64,000 bases of DNA, taken from NCBI GenBank assembly GCA_017509785.1, contig JAFWOT010000027.1, positions 2,598 through 66,597 on the forward strand, in the 5' to 3' direction. Origin of the DNA: Clostridia bacterium. Its GTDB lineage: Bacteria; Bacillota; Clostridia; Christensenellales; CAG-138. Positions 18,610 through 25,982 of this stretch are shown here, in pieces. A model generated the notes under the pieces. That model searched no databases and had not been told where the DNA came from. It worked only from the letters and a program-made list of their open reading frames with translations. The position numbers and the translations under genes are program-made. Position 1 is the first letter of the stretch. Each line of letters opens with the position of its first letter.

Positions 18610-19170
18610 ATGCGTCACATTCCCAATATCCTCACCCTGATGCGGGTGGCAATGGTCTTCGTTTTCATTTGGTTTTTCATCAAGGAATCATACGCCGTCT
18701 GTCTCTATATCTACATAGCCGCTTTCGTGACGGACGTGCTCGACGGATTCCTCGCGAGGAAGTTCAACTGGGTCTCCGATTTCGGCAAGCTCGTCGATCC
18801 CTTCGCGGATAAGGCGATGCTCATAACCGCGCTCGTCTGCCTCGCGGTGGCGGGGGCGTTCCCGATATACCTTCTCATCGTCATGGCGGTGAAGGAGCTC
18901 CTCATGATAATCGGCGGGCTCATCCTATTAAAGAAAAAGAAGGTCACCGTCTATGCCGATTACTGGGGCAAGGCGGCGACGGGGCTTTTCTTCCTCTCCA
19001 TCACGCTCTCGCTCGTGAAGCTCGCGTATGCTTCCGCGATACCCGCTTGGCTTTTGACGGCGCTCTACGTATGCGCCATCTGCGTGAGCGTATTCTCGCT
19101 CTTCCACTACGCCTATAAGGGCGGCTTCATCGGGAAGAAATACCGCGTCCACAACGCGTACGAAGAATAA
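18610..19170 (+). CDS. pgsA: CDP-diacylglycerol--glycerol-3-phosphate 3-phosphatidyltransferase
   Basis: ORF trimmed to ATG 18610 (RBS AGGAGG). CDP-alcohol phosphatidyltransferase motif DVLDGFLARKFNWVSDFGKLVDPFADK. Multiple TM segments. Confidence 0.88.
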   Translation: MRHIPNILTLMRVAMVFVFIWFFIKESYAVCLYIYIAAFVTDVLDGFLARKFNWVSDFGKLVDPFADKAMLITALVCLAVAGAFPIYLLIVMAVKELLMIIGGLILLKKKKVTVYADYWGKAATGLFFLSITLSLVKLAYASAIPAWLLTALYVCAICVSVFSLFHYAYKGGFIGKKYRVHNAYEE

Positions 19171-19237
19171 CAGGATCCGTAAACATATCGGCCCGTGCCG
19201 AATAGTATAGAGCAACAGACTTTTTTCGGAGGTTATA

Positions 19238-20251
19238 ATGAAAAGGTTCGCTGCTCTTTTTTTGTCCGCCGCCGTGCTGCTCTCGATTTTCGCGTTCACC
19301 GGCTGCGGAAGGGACGACGGAGACGCCCGGCGCATCACCCTCAACGAGGTCACACGCTCGGTATTCTACGCGCCGCTCTATGCCGCCGTGACGAAGGGCT
19401 TCTTTGCCGAGGAGGGCCTTGAGCTCGAGATCGTGACAGGCGGCGGAAGCGACGCCAGCATGACGGCGCTCCTCGCGCACGAGGCGGATTTCGCGCTGAT
19501 GGGGCCCGAGACGGGCGTCTACGTCGTCGGCGAGGGAAAGGCGGAACACCCCGTCATAATAGGCCAGCTCACGAAACGCGACGGGTCCTTTCTCATCGGT
19601 AGGGAATCCGTGGAGGATTTCTCATGGGAGATGCTGCGCGGCAGATCCGTCATCGGAGGCAGGGTCGGAGGGATGCCCTACATGACGCTGCGATGGGTGC
19701 TCGACAAGAACGGCCTCACCCCGGACGAGGACGTCGAGATAATAAGCAGCATCCAGTTCAATCTGATGGGCGGCGCCTTCGAGAGCGGCACGGGCGATTT
19801 CGTCACCCTCTTCGAGCCGACGGCGACGACCTTCCAGAATAACGGCTCGGGCTTCAAGGTCGCGAACATCGGGCTGGAATCCGGCGAAGTCCCCTACACC
19901 GCGTTCATGACCTCGCCCGAAACGGTTCGGGACGACCCCGATCTCGTTATGAGGTTCATCCGCGCGATAGCCCGCGCGCAGAGATGGGTCGCCTCGGCGG
20001 ATGACGACGAGATCGCGGAAGCGATGCTCCCCTTCTTCCCCGACAGCAGCCCGGAGGATCTCGTGAACGTCTCACGGAGCTATCGCGAGACGGACTCGTG
20101 GATGACCGACCCCGTTATGACGGAGGAGGCCTTCGCACGGCTGCTCGAGATAATGGAATTCAACGGCGAGCTGAAAGCTCCCGTCGGCTTTGACGAGCTC
20201 GTCGACAACAGCTTCGCGGAGAGGGCGAAAGCGGAGCTCGCAAACGAATGA
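19238..20251 (+). CDS. ABC-transporter substrate-binding lipoprotein, NMT1/THI5 (NitT/TauT) like
   Basis: 337 aa with signal peptide and lipobox (FAFTGC), and an SBP pattern (VFYAPLYAAVTKGFFAEEGLELE). No permease or ATPase gene is adjacent. Confidence 0.75.
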   Translation: MKRFAALFLSAAVLLSIFAFTGCGRDDGDARRITLNEVTRSVFYAPLYAAVTKGFFAEEGLELEIVTGGGSDASMTALLAHEADFALMGPETGVYVVGEGKAEHPVIIGQLTKRDGSFLIGRESVEDFSWEMLRGRSVIGGRVGGMPYMTLRWVLDKNGLTPDEDVEIISSIQFNLMGGAFESGTGDFVTLFEPTATTFQNNGSGFKVANIGLESGEVPYTAFMTSPETVRDDPDLVMRFIRAIARAQRWVASADDDEIAEAMLPFFPDSSPEDLVNVSRSYRETDSWMTDPVMTEEAFARLLEIMEFNGELKAPVGFDELVDNSFAERAKAELANE

Positions 20252-20265
20252 GCTGAAAAGAAAAA

Positions 20266-20301
20266 CGGTGCGGGAAGCTCTTCCCCGCACCGATCGTGTT
20301 T
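20266..20301 (+). terminator. Rho-independent terminator after the SBP gene
   Basis: Stem CGGTGCGGG pairs with CCCGCACCG, followed after 6 nt by TTTT. Confidence 0.5.
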
Positions 20302-20359
20302 TATGAAAGCGGCCGCGCTTCACCGTTCGCGTGAAAACTCCGCGCGCGGCAGAAGCCCG

Positions 20360-20773
20360 TCACTCCCCCCTGCCCCTGCGGCGGCGCTTGCCGCTGACGG
20401 GGTTATGCACGGTGACTTCTATCTCGCCGAGGCCGTCGTCCGCCGGGGCCTCGCCATGCTCTATGAGGATCCGCTCCCAGTATTCGACGAGCTCCGGCGT
20501 GAGCTCAGTCGGCTCGTCGGGCGAATAGACGGGCTCCTCCCGTTTCGGCTTCGGAGCCGCCTTTTTATAGAGCGGCGCGACGTCGCGCTTCGGGACCTCG
20601 AGCTGATCCCGTGTGATGACGCGGGAGCGGAATTCGTTCCCCTCGTCCTCCATCGCAATGCACCTGCAGCAGTTATCGCAGATCTTGTTCGGATCCAGAT
20701 CGCAGCGGTCGCATTCGCCGCAGTCGTCGCAGATCTTCTTCTCGTCAAGCAGACAAATCCTTTTTCCTTCCAT
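20360..20773 (-). CDS. Small Cys-rich protein of unknown function (137 aa), divergent from lexA
   Basis: ORF trimmed to ATG 20773. N-terminus MEGKRICLLDEKKICDDCGECDRCDLDPNKICDNCCRC has 9 Cys in 38 residues, including CxxCxxCxxC. Then a Pro/Lys/Glu-rich linker, a conserved-looking EYWERILIEHGE block, and the basic tail GKRRRRGRGE. Confidence 0.6.
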   Translation of the reverse strand: MEGKRICLLDEKKICDDCGECDRCDLDPNKICDNCCRCIAMEDEGNEFRSRVITRDQLEVPKRDVAPLYKKAAPKPKREEPVYSPDEPTELTPELVEYWERILIEHGEAPADDGLGEIEVTVHNPVSGKRRRRGRGE

Positions 20774-20801
20774 ACTATCCCCGATTTTTAAAAAAAATAT
20801 C

Positions 20802-20816
20802 AGTACAAATGTTTGC
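20802..20816. promoter_or_regulatory. Candidate LexA (Cheo/SOS) box, degenerate
   Basis: AGTACAAATGTTTGC compared with the Gram-positive consensus CGAACnnnnGTTCG: core GTAC-N4-GTTT, two core mismatches. It overlaps the -35 box of the lexA promoter and lies 29-43 nt upstream of the divergent Cys-rich gene. Confidence 0.35.
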
Positions 20817-20841
20817 ATTATCCGCGGATCCGTGTTATAAT
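20813..20841 (+). promoter_or_regulatory. SigA-type promoter of lexA
   Basis: TTGCAT (20813-20818), 17 nt, TATAAT (20836-20841) with a TG extension (TGTTATAAT). Confidence 0.6.
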
Positions 20842-20929
20842 AAGGTCGTGGATCCATCGGAGCTTATTATAGCACGTTTCCGGGGTCTGCGAAACCCTTT
20901 TAAAAACCTTTTTCGGAAAAGGAGCGACA

Positions 20930-21598
20930 ATGAGCAAGAACGGCGAAACAAGAATGGCGGTTTACGACTACATATACGACCGCATCAAGAGCGGCAAGCC
21001 CGCCCCCACGGTGAGGGAGATATGCTCTCAGCTTCATCTCAAATCCACCTCCACCGCGCATCTGCACCTGACCAATCTGCAGAAGGACGGCTATATCGAT
21101 TTTGACCGCAACCTGCAGAGAACCGTCCGCCTGACGGACAGCATCCCCCCCGAATCGAAGTCCTTCCGCAGGAACGCCGCGGCCGAGAAGCTCAAAAAGA
21201 ACGAGTCGGTCTGCCGCCTGCCCCTGATAGGCAAGGTCGCCGCGGGTCAGCCGATACTCGCGTTCGACGATTATGAGGACGGCTATATGCTCCCCCGCGA
21301 ATTCCTGCGCAGCGCGGATCCATCCGAGACCTTCCTTTTGACCGTCGACGGGGAGAGCATGATCGACGCCGGCATATACACCGGGGATCTCATCATCGTC
21401 ACCCGCTCGTTCGAGGTGCGCGACGGGGATATAGTCGTTGCGAGGATCAACGGCGATTCCGCGACGGTCAAGCGCATCTACCGTGAGGGCAAGTACGTCC
21501 GCCTCCAGCCGGAGAACCCCACGATGGCGCCGATAATCGTCGAAGGGTTTGCCGTGGAGATCGTCGGCAAGGTCATCGGGCTCATTCGCTCGTATTGA
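20930..21598 (+). CDS. lexA: LexA repressor (S24 peptidase)
   Basis: 222 aa. N-terminal wHTH (TVREICSQLHLKSTSTAHLHLTNLQKDGYI), Ala-Gly cleavage site in KVAAGQPI, catalytic Ser in DGESM, and Lys in ATVKR. Confidence 0.93.
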   Translation: MSKNGETRMAVYDYIYDRIKSGKPAPTVREICSQLHLKSTSTAHLHLTNLQKDGYIDFDRNLQRTVRLTDSIPPESKSFRRNAAAEKLKKNESVCRLPLIGKVAAGQPILAFDDYEDGYMLPREFLRSADPSETFLLTVDGESMIDAGIYTGDLIIVTRSFEVRDGDIVVARINGDSATVKRIYREGKYVRLQPENPTMAPIIVEGFAVEIVGKVIGLIRSY

Positions 21599-21615
21599 CG
21601 ATATCACAACAAACG

Positions 21616-21652
21616 CAAACGGGAAACGCGGCGGCGCTTCCCGTTTTGTTTT
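21616..21652. terminator. Bidirectional rho-independent terminator between lexA and the convergent hfq operon
   Basis: Hairpin CGGGAA(A)CGC-GGCG-GCG(C)TTCCCG, flanked by AAAC on the left and TTTTGTTTT on the right. Confidence 0.7.
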
Positions 21653-21660
21653 CATGCCTT

Positions 21661-22899
21661 TTACATATCCTTCATCAGGCTGTCGAGCACGGCTTCGGCG
21701 GCGATCCTGCCGTGGGAATAGGTGAGGCCGCCCTGGATATAGGCGGTATAGGGTTCCCTTATTGGACCGTCGGCGGAAAGCTCTATCGAGGAACCCTGCA
21801 CGAAAGCGCCCGCCGCCATGATGACCTCGTCCGTGTAGCCGGGCATTGCCCATGGTTCGGGAACGACGAAGCTGTCCACAGGTGAGACGGACTGTATCAC
21901 GCGGCAGAATTCCGTGAGCTGCTCCTTCCTGTTGAAGCGGAGCGCCTGGACTATGTCGGAACGGTCCGCCTCGGAGGAGGGCATCGACATGAGGCCGAGC
22001 TTTTCAAAAACGCGGGCGAAGAGCGCGGCGTTCTTCAGCGCCTGGCAGACGACGTGCGGCGCCATGAATATCCCCTGATAGAAGGGCAGATACCCCGCCG
22101 GCCAGCAGCCCGCCTCGCGTCCGATGCCGGGAACGGTCACGCGGTTGGCGCAGATATCGATGAGGTCCCTCCTGCCGGCTATATAGCCGCCCGTCTGCGC
22201 GATCCCCGCGCCGGGATTCTTGATTAGCGAGCCCATTATGATATCCGCTCCGTAAGCCGTGGGCTCATGCTCGCGGGTGAACTCGCCGTAGCAGTTGTCG
22301 ACCATTATTATCGACTCCGGCGAACGCTCTTTTATGAGATCGAACGCGGGCTTCATCCCCTCGGGAAGGAGGGAATTCCTCCAAGCGTACCCGCGCGAGC
22401 GCTGGAAATAGACTATCTTCGGCTTCTCCGCGAGCTCCTCCGCGAGCGTAATGAGGTCGATCTCCCCCTTTGGCGTCAGCTCCGTCATCCGGCAGGAAAC
22501 GCCGAATTCCCGAAGCGAACCGGGCGCGTTCCCCTCTATGCCGATGGCTTCGAGCAGCGTATCATAGGGCGAGCCCGTCGCGCAGAGCAGCGTATCGCCG
22601 GGGCGCAGCAGCGCGGAAAGCGCCGTGAATATGGTCTGAGTGCCGGATGAGAACTGCGGCACGACGAGCGCCGCCTCCGTTTCGAACACCTCGGCGAATA
22701 TCCTGTCGAGAGCGTCGCGGCCTTCGTCGTCGTAGCCGTAGCCCGTCGTGAAATTGAAATGCCTCGCGGCGACGCGATTGCCCCGAAACGCCCCGAGCAC
22801 GCGGCGCGCGCAGGTCAGCTCGACGGCCTCCATCCGCCCGAACACGGCGGCAAGCTCCTTTTCCGCGGCTTCTATTATCTTCCCGGCTGTAAGTTTCAT
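21661..22899 (-). CDS. PLP-dependent 'aluminium resistance'/YnbB family protein (Cys/Met-metabolism lyase-like)
   Basis: 412 aa. The N-terminal pattern and its position immediately after hfq match the YnbB-type gene common downstream of miaA-hfq in Firmicutes. Called from recognition only. Confidence 0.7.
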   Translation of the reverse strand: MKLTAGKIIEAAEKELAAVFGRMEAVELTCARRVLGAFRGNRVAARHFNFTTGYGYDDEGRDALDRIFAEVFETEAALVVPQFSSGTQTIFTALSALLRPGDTLLCATGSPYDTLLEAIGIEGNAPGSLREFGVSCRMTELTPKGEIDLITLAEELAEKPKIVYFQRSRGYAWRNSLLPEGMKPAFDLIKERSPESIIMVDNCYGEFTREHEPTAYGADIIMGSLIKNPGAGIAQTGGYIAGRRDLIDICANRVTVPGIGREAGCWPAGYLPFYQGIFMAPHVVCQALKNAALFARVFEKLGLMSMPSSEADRSDIVQALRFNRKEQLTEFCRVIQSVSPVDSFVVPEPWAMPGYTDEVIMAAGAFVQGSSIELSADGPIREPYTAYIQGGLTYSHGRIAAEAVLDSLMKDM

Positions 22900-23138
22900 T
22901 TCGTTCCCTCCTCCTCGGAGAGCTTCAGAGGAGCCTCCGGCATTATCGTGGAGACGGCGTGCTTGTAGACGAGCATCTGCCTGCCCTCCGTCTCGATGAG
23001 TATGGCGTAGCTGTCAAAGCTCAGCACCTTCGCCCCCGTGATCTTGAATCCGTTCGTCACGAATATGGAAAGGGGCGTTCCGCTCCTCCTCGCGCAATTC
23101 AGGAACACGTCCTGTACGTTGGGTCTAACTGCGTTCAA
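22896..23138 (-). CDS. hfq: RNA chaperone Hfq
   Basis: 80 aa: QDVFLNCARRSGTPLSIFVTNGFKITGAKVLSFDSYAILIE...MLVYKHAVSTI (Sm1/Sm2 motifs). Confidence 0.93.
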   Translation of the reverse strand: MNAVRPNVQDVFLNCARRSGTPLSIFVTNGFKITGAKVLSFDSYAILIETEGRQMLVYKHAVSTIMPEAPLKLSEEEGTK

Positions 23139-24093
23139 TCCTATCCCTCTCCTCTTTAAAATAATCGATCATCGCGGTGTGGAGCGCGCCCCTGTCGGGG
23201 AAGGCCTCCGTATCGAACCAACGGATCCTCTCATCCCTCTTGAACCACGCGATCTGCCTCTTGGCGAAACGGCGCGTGTCGCGCTTTATGAGTCCGACCG
23301 TCTCCTGGAAGGTCGAAAGCCCCTCATAATACGCCGTGAACTGTTTGTAGCCTATCGCCTGGAGCGAGAGCGGGAGATCCTCCCCCGCCTCCCTTATGAG
23401 GCCGAGAGCCTCCTCCGCGAGGCCGTTTTTTATCATCGCGTCTACGCGCCTGTCTATCCTTTCATAGAGGAGGCTCCTTTCCATCATGAGCCCCGCTATG
23501 ACGGGCTCGTACGGGATCTCTCCTCCGCGCCCGTTTGCAAAATCCCCGCCGCATTCGGTGAGGCTCCTGCCCGTCAGCTCATGGACCTCGAGCGCGCGGA
23601 CTATGCGCTTCACGTCGTTGGGGTGGAGCCGGGCATAACTCACCGGGTCGACCTCCCTCAGCCTCTCGTGAAGGGAGCCGGGGACCGCCCGCTCCTCCGC
23701 CTCGAGCCTTTCACGGAGGGCCCTGTCGGGCTTGACCTCGGTAAAATCGAGCGGATAGAGCAGCGAATTCACGTAGAGCCCGGTGCCGCCTGCGACTATC
23801 GGCGCGCGCCCGCGTGCGGTGATATCCTCTATGACACGGGCGGCGTCGGCCGCGAACCGTGCGACGTTGTAATCCCCGTCGGTATGATCGACGAAGTCTA
23901 TAAGGTGATGCGGGACGCCGCGCTTCTCCTCCTCCGAGGGTTTGGCGGAGCCCCTGTCAAGGCGGCGGTAGATCTGTATCGCGTCGGCGGAGACGATCTC
24001 GCCCCCGAGCGCCAGCGCCGCTTCGACCGCTGCGTCCGTCTTGCCGGAGGCGGTCGGCCCCACGATGAAGAATACGACGGGCTTGGGCATCAT
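23125..24093 (-). CDS. miaA: tRNA dimethylallyltransferase
   Basis: 322 aa with P-loop GPTASGKT and motifs PHHLID and VGGTGLY-like (AGGTGLYV). Confidence 0.93.
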   Translation of the reverse strand: MMPKPVVFFIVGPTASGKTDAAVEAALALGGEIVSADAIQIYRRLDRGSAKPSEEEKRGVPHHLIDFVDHTDGDYNVARFAADAARVIEDITARGRAPIVAGGTGLYVNSLLYPLDFTEVKPDRALRERLEAEERAVPGSLHERLREVDPVSYARLHPNDVKRIVRALEVHELTGRSLTECGGDFANGRGGEIPYEPVIAGLMMERSLLYERIDRRVDAMIKNGLAEEALGLIREAGEDLPLSLQAIGYKQFTAYYEGLSTFQETVGLIKRDTRRFAKRQIAWFKRDERIRWFDTEAFPDRGALHTAMIDYFKEERDRIERS

Positions 24094-25982
24094 TGTATCC
24101 TCTTGAAGAGCTTCTCGAGATCGCGCCTGCGGTACGAGAGCATGACCGGCCTCCCGTGGGGGCAGGTGAGCGGAGTAGAGCCGTCGGCATAGTGGCTGAG
24201 GAGCTCGTTTATCTCGTATTCGTTCAGCATCCTGCCGCCCTTTATCGCGTGCTTGCAGGATGCCTGTATGAGCGACGAACGCACGACGTCGAGCTCCGTT
24301 ACACTACCCTGCTTCATAACGCAGCCGATCATATCGCGCAGGAGCTTTTCGACCGAATCCCTCCCGGCGCCCGTCGGGATCGAGTGCACGGAAACGCTCA
24401 GCGGACCGAACTCCTCTATCTCGAAGCCGAGCTCGGTGAAGCGGTCGGCGTTTTCCATGAGAGCCGCGTGCTCCGTGGGCGTGAGGTTGACGACGCAGCT
24501 CGTCATCAGTATCTGGGAATCGAAGCGGAGCTCTCCGCGGATGAGCTTTTCGTAAAGTATGCGCTCGTGCGCGGCGTGCTGATCGATGCAGAAAACGCTG
24601 TCGCCCTGTTCCACAAGTATATAGGTATCGAAGAGCACGCCCTTTACCGTGTAGTCTTCGATCCCGAAGGCGATGGGCTCCGCCTTATCGACGGCGGGAG
24701 CCTCCTTGCGGAAGCTGTAGTGCAGCACGCCGTTGAAGTCCTCCGTCTCGGCCGCGGGCTCTGAAACGGCGCTGTCCCTGACGTATACCGCCGGGGCTTC
24801 GCGCGGCGTCGGCTCCCGCTCCGCGGGCTCCTCCGGGGGCTCAGGCGTCGGTTCCTCATTCGGCTTCGGCATGGGGATATCGGGGAATTCCGGGCTGCGC
24901 CCGTTCCTTCCGAAGACGGTGTAGATATCGGGCTTTTCCGCGGGCTCGACGGGCGCTTCTTCGTATTGGCCGGGGAGCTCCTCCCGCGGGGCGCCCGAAA
25001 GCGCGTCCCGCACGGCGATCATCACGGCGGAGGCGACGCGCTCCTCGTCGCGGAAACGGACGGTGAGCTTGTTCGGATGGACGTTGACGTCCACCTCCCT
25101 CGGGGAGATGCGCACCGAAAGCGCGAGGAACGGGAACCGCCCGACCATGAGCTTCGTGTTATAGGCCCTCTGCGCGGCGAAGCTGAGCTGCTGCGAGCGG
25201 ATGTATCTTCCGTTTACGAATATGCTCTGCTGGACGCGGGTGCTCCTTGAGATGCTCTCGTCGCCGCAGAAGCCCTCCACGCGGATATAGCCGTCGTCAT
25301 ATCGGACGTGGAGCAGATGCTCCGCCGTCTCCGCGCCGTAGACGCAGTAGATCGCGTTTTCAAGCGAGCCGTCGCCCGCGCTGTGATACACGGGCTTGCC
25401 GTTGTTTATGAATTTGAACGAGACGCGGGTATCCCCCAATATGAGCCTCAGTACGTGATCGCCGACGGCCGCAGCCTCGCCCCTTGCGGATTTGAGAAAT
25501 TTCAGCCTCGCGGGGACGTTGAAGAATAGGTCGCTCACCTCTATCGTGGTGCCGACGGGGCACCCGCAGGGAGAGCATTCCCTGACCTTGCCGCCCTCTA
25601 TCACTATGAGCGTGCCGTACTCGTCCTGCTCGGTGCGGGTCCGCATCGCTACCCGCGAGACCGCCGCGATGGAGGCCAGCGCCTCCCCGCGGAAGCCGAG
25701 CGTCTCTATGCCGTCCAGCCCCTCGACCGAGCGGAGCTTGCTCGTCGCGTGGCGCAGGAAAGCGGTCTCGACGTCCTCCGCCGGGATGCCGCATCCGTTA
25801 TCGGTTATCCTTATGTACTCCGCCCCGCCCTCCTTTATTTCGACGGTGACGGCGGAAGCGCCCGCGTCAAGCGAATTCTCGACGAGCTCCTTCACGACCG
25901 AAGCCGGCCTTTCGACGACCTCGCCCGCCGCTATCTTGTTGGCGAGCGCGGGATCGAGCACCTGTATCCTTCTTATTATCAT
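24090..25982 (-). CDS. mutL: DNA mismatch repair protein MutL
   Basis: 630 aa with GHKL ATPase N-terminus IAAGEVVERPASVVKELVENSLDAG and DNGCGI, and the C-terminal dimerisation/endonuclease region with DQHAAHERI. Confidence 0.93.
   Translation of the reverse strand: MIIRRIQVLDPALANKIAAGEVVERPASVVKELVENSLDAGASAVTVEIKEGGAEYIRITDNGCGIPAEDVETAFLRHATSKLRSVEGLDGIETLGFRGEALASIAAVSRVAMRTRTEQDEYGTLIVIEGGKVRECSPCGCPVGTTIEVSDLFFNVPARLKFLKSARGEAAAVGDHVLRLILGDTRVSFKFINNGKPVYHSAGDGSLENAIYCVYGAETAEHLLHVRYDDGYIRVEGFCGDESISRSTRVQQSIFVNGRYIRSQQLSFAAQRAYNTKLMVGRFPFLALSVRISPREVDVNVHPNKLTVRFRDEERVASAVMIAVRDALSGAPREELPGQYEEAPVEPAEKPDIYTVFGRNGRSPEFPDIPMPKPNEEPTPEPPEEPAEREPTPREAPAVYVRDSAVSEPAAETEDFNGVLHYSFRKEAPAVDKAEPIAFGIEDYTVKGVLFDTYILVEQGDSVFCIDQHAAHERILYEKLIRGELRFDSQILMTSCVVNLTPTEHAALMENADRFTELGFEIEEFGPLSVSVHSIPTGAGRDSVEKLLRDMIGCVMKQGSVTELDVVRSSLIQASCKHAIKGGRMLNEYEINELLSHYADGSTPLTCPHGRPVMLSYRRRDLEKLFKRIQ

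Noticed and set aside
19171-19237. Possible TPP riboswitch in front of the NMT1/THI5-like SBP gene
   Set aside because: The spacer is only 67 nt and lacks the conserved CUGAGA / ACCUGA TPP-aptamer elements.
20824-20856. Two GGATCC sites flanking the lexA -10 region, as a possible operator or hairpin
   Set aside because: It is only a 6-bp self-complementary hexamer repeated once, with a 20-nt spacer. That is too weak to call. The Cheo-like element is the better regulatory candidate.
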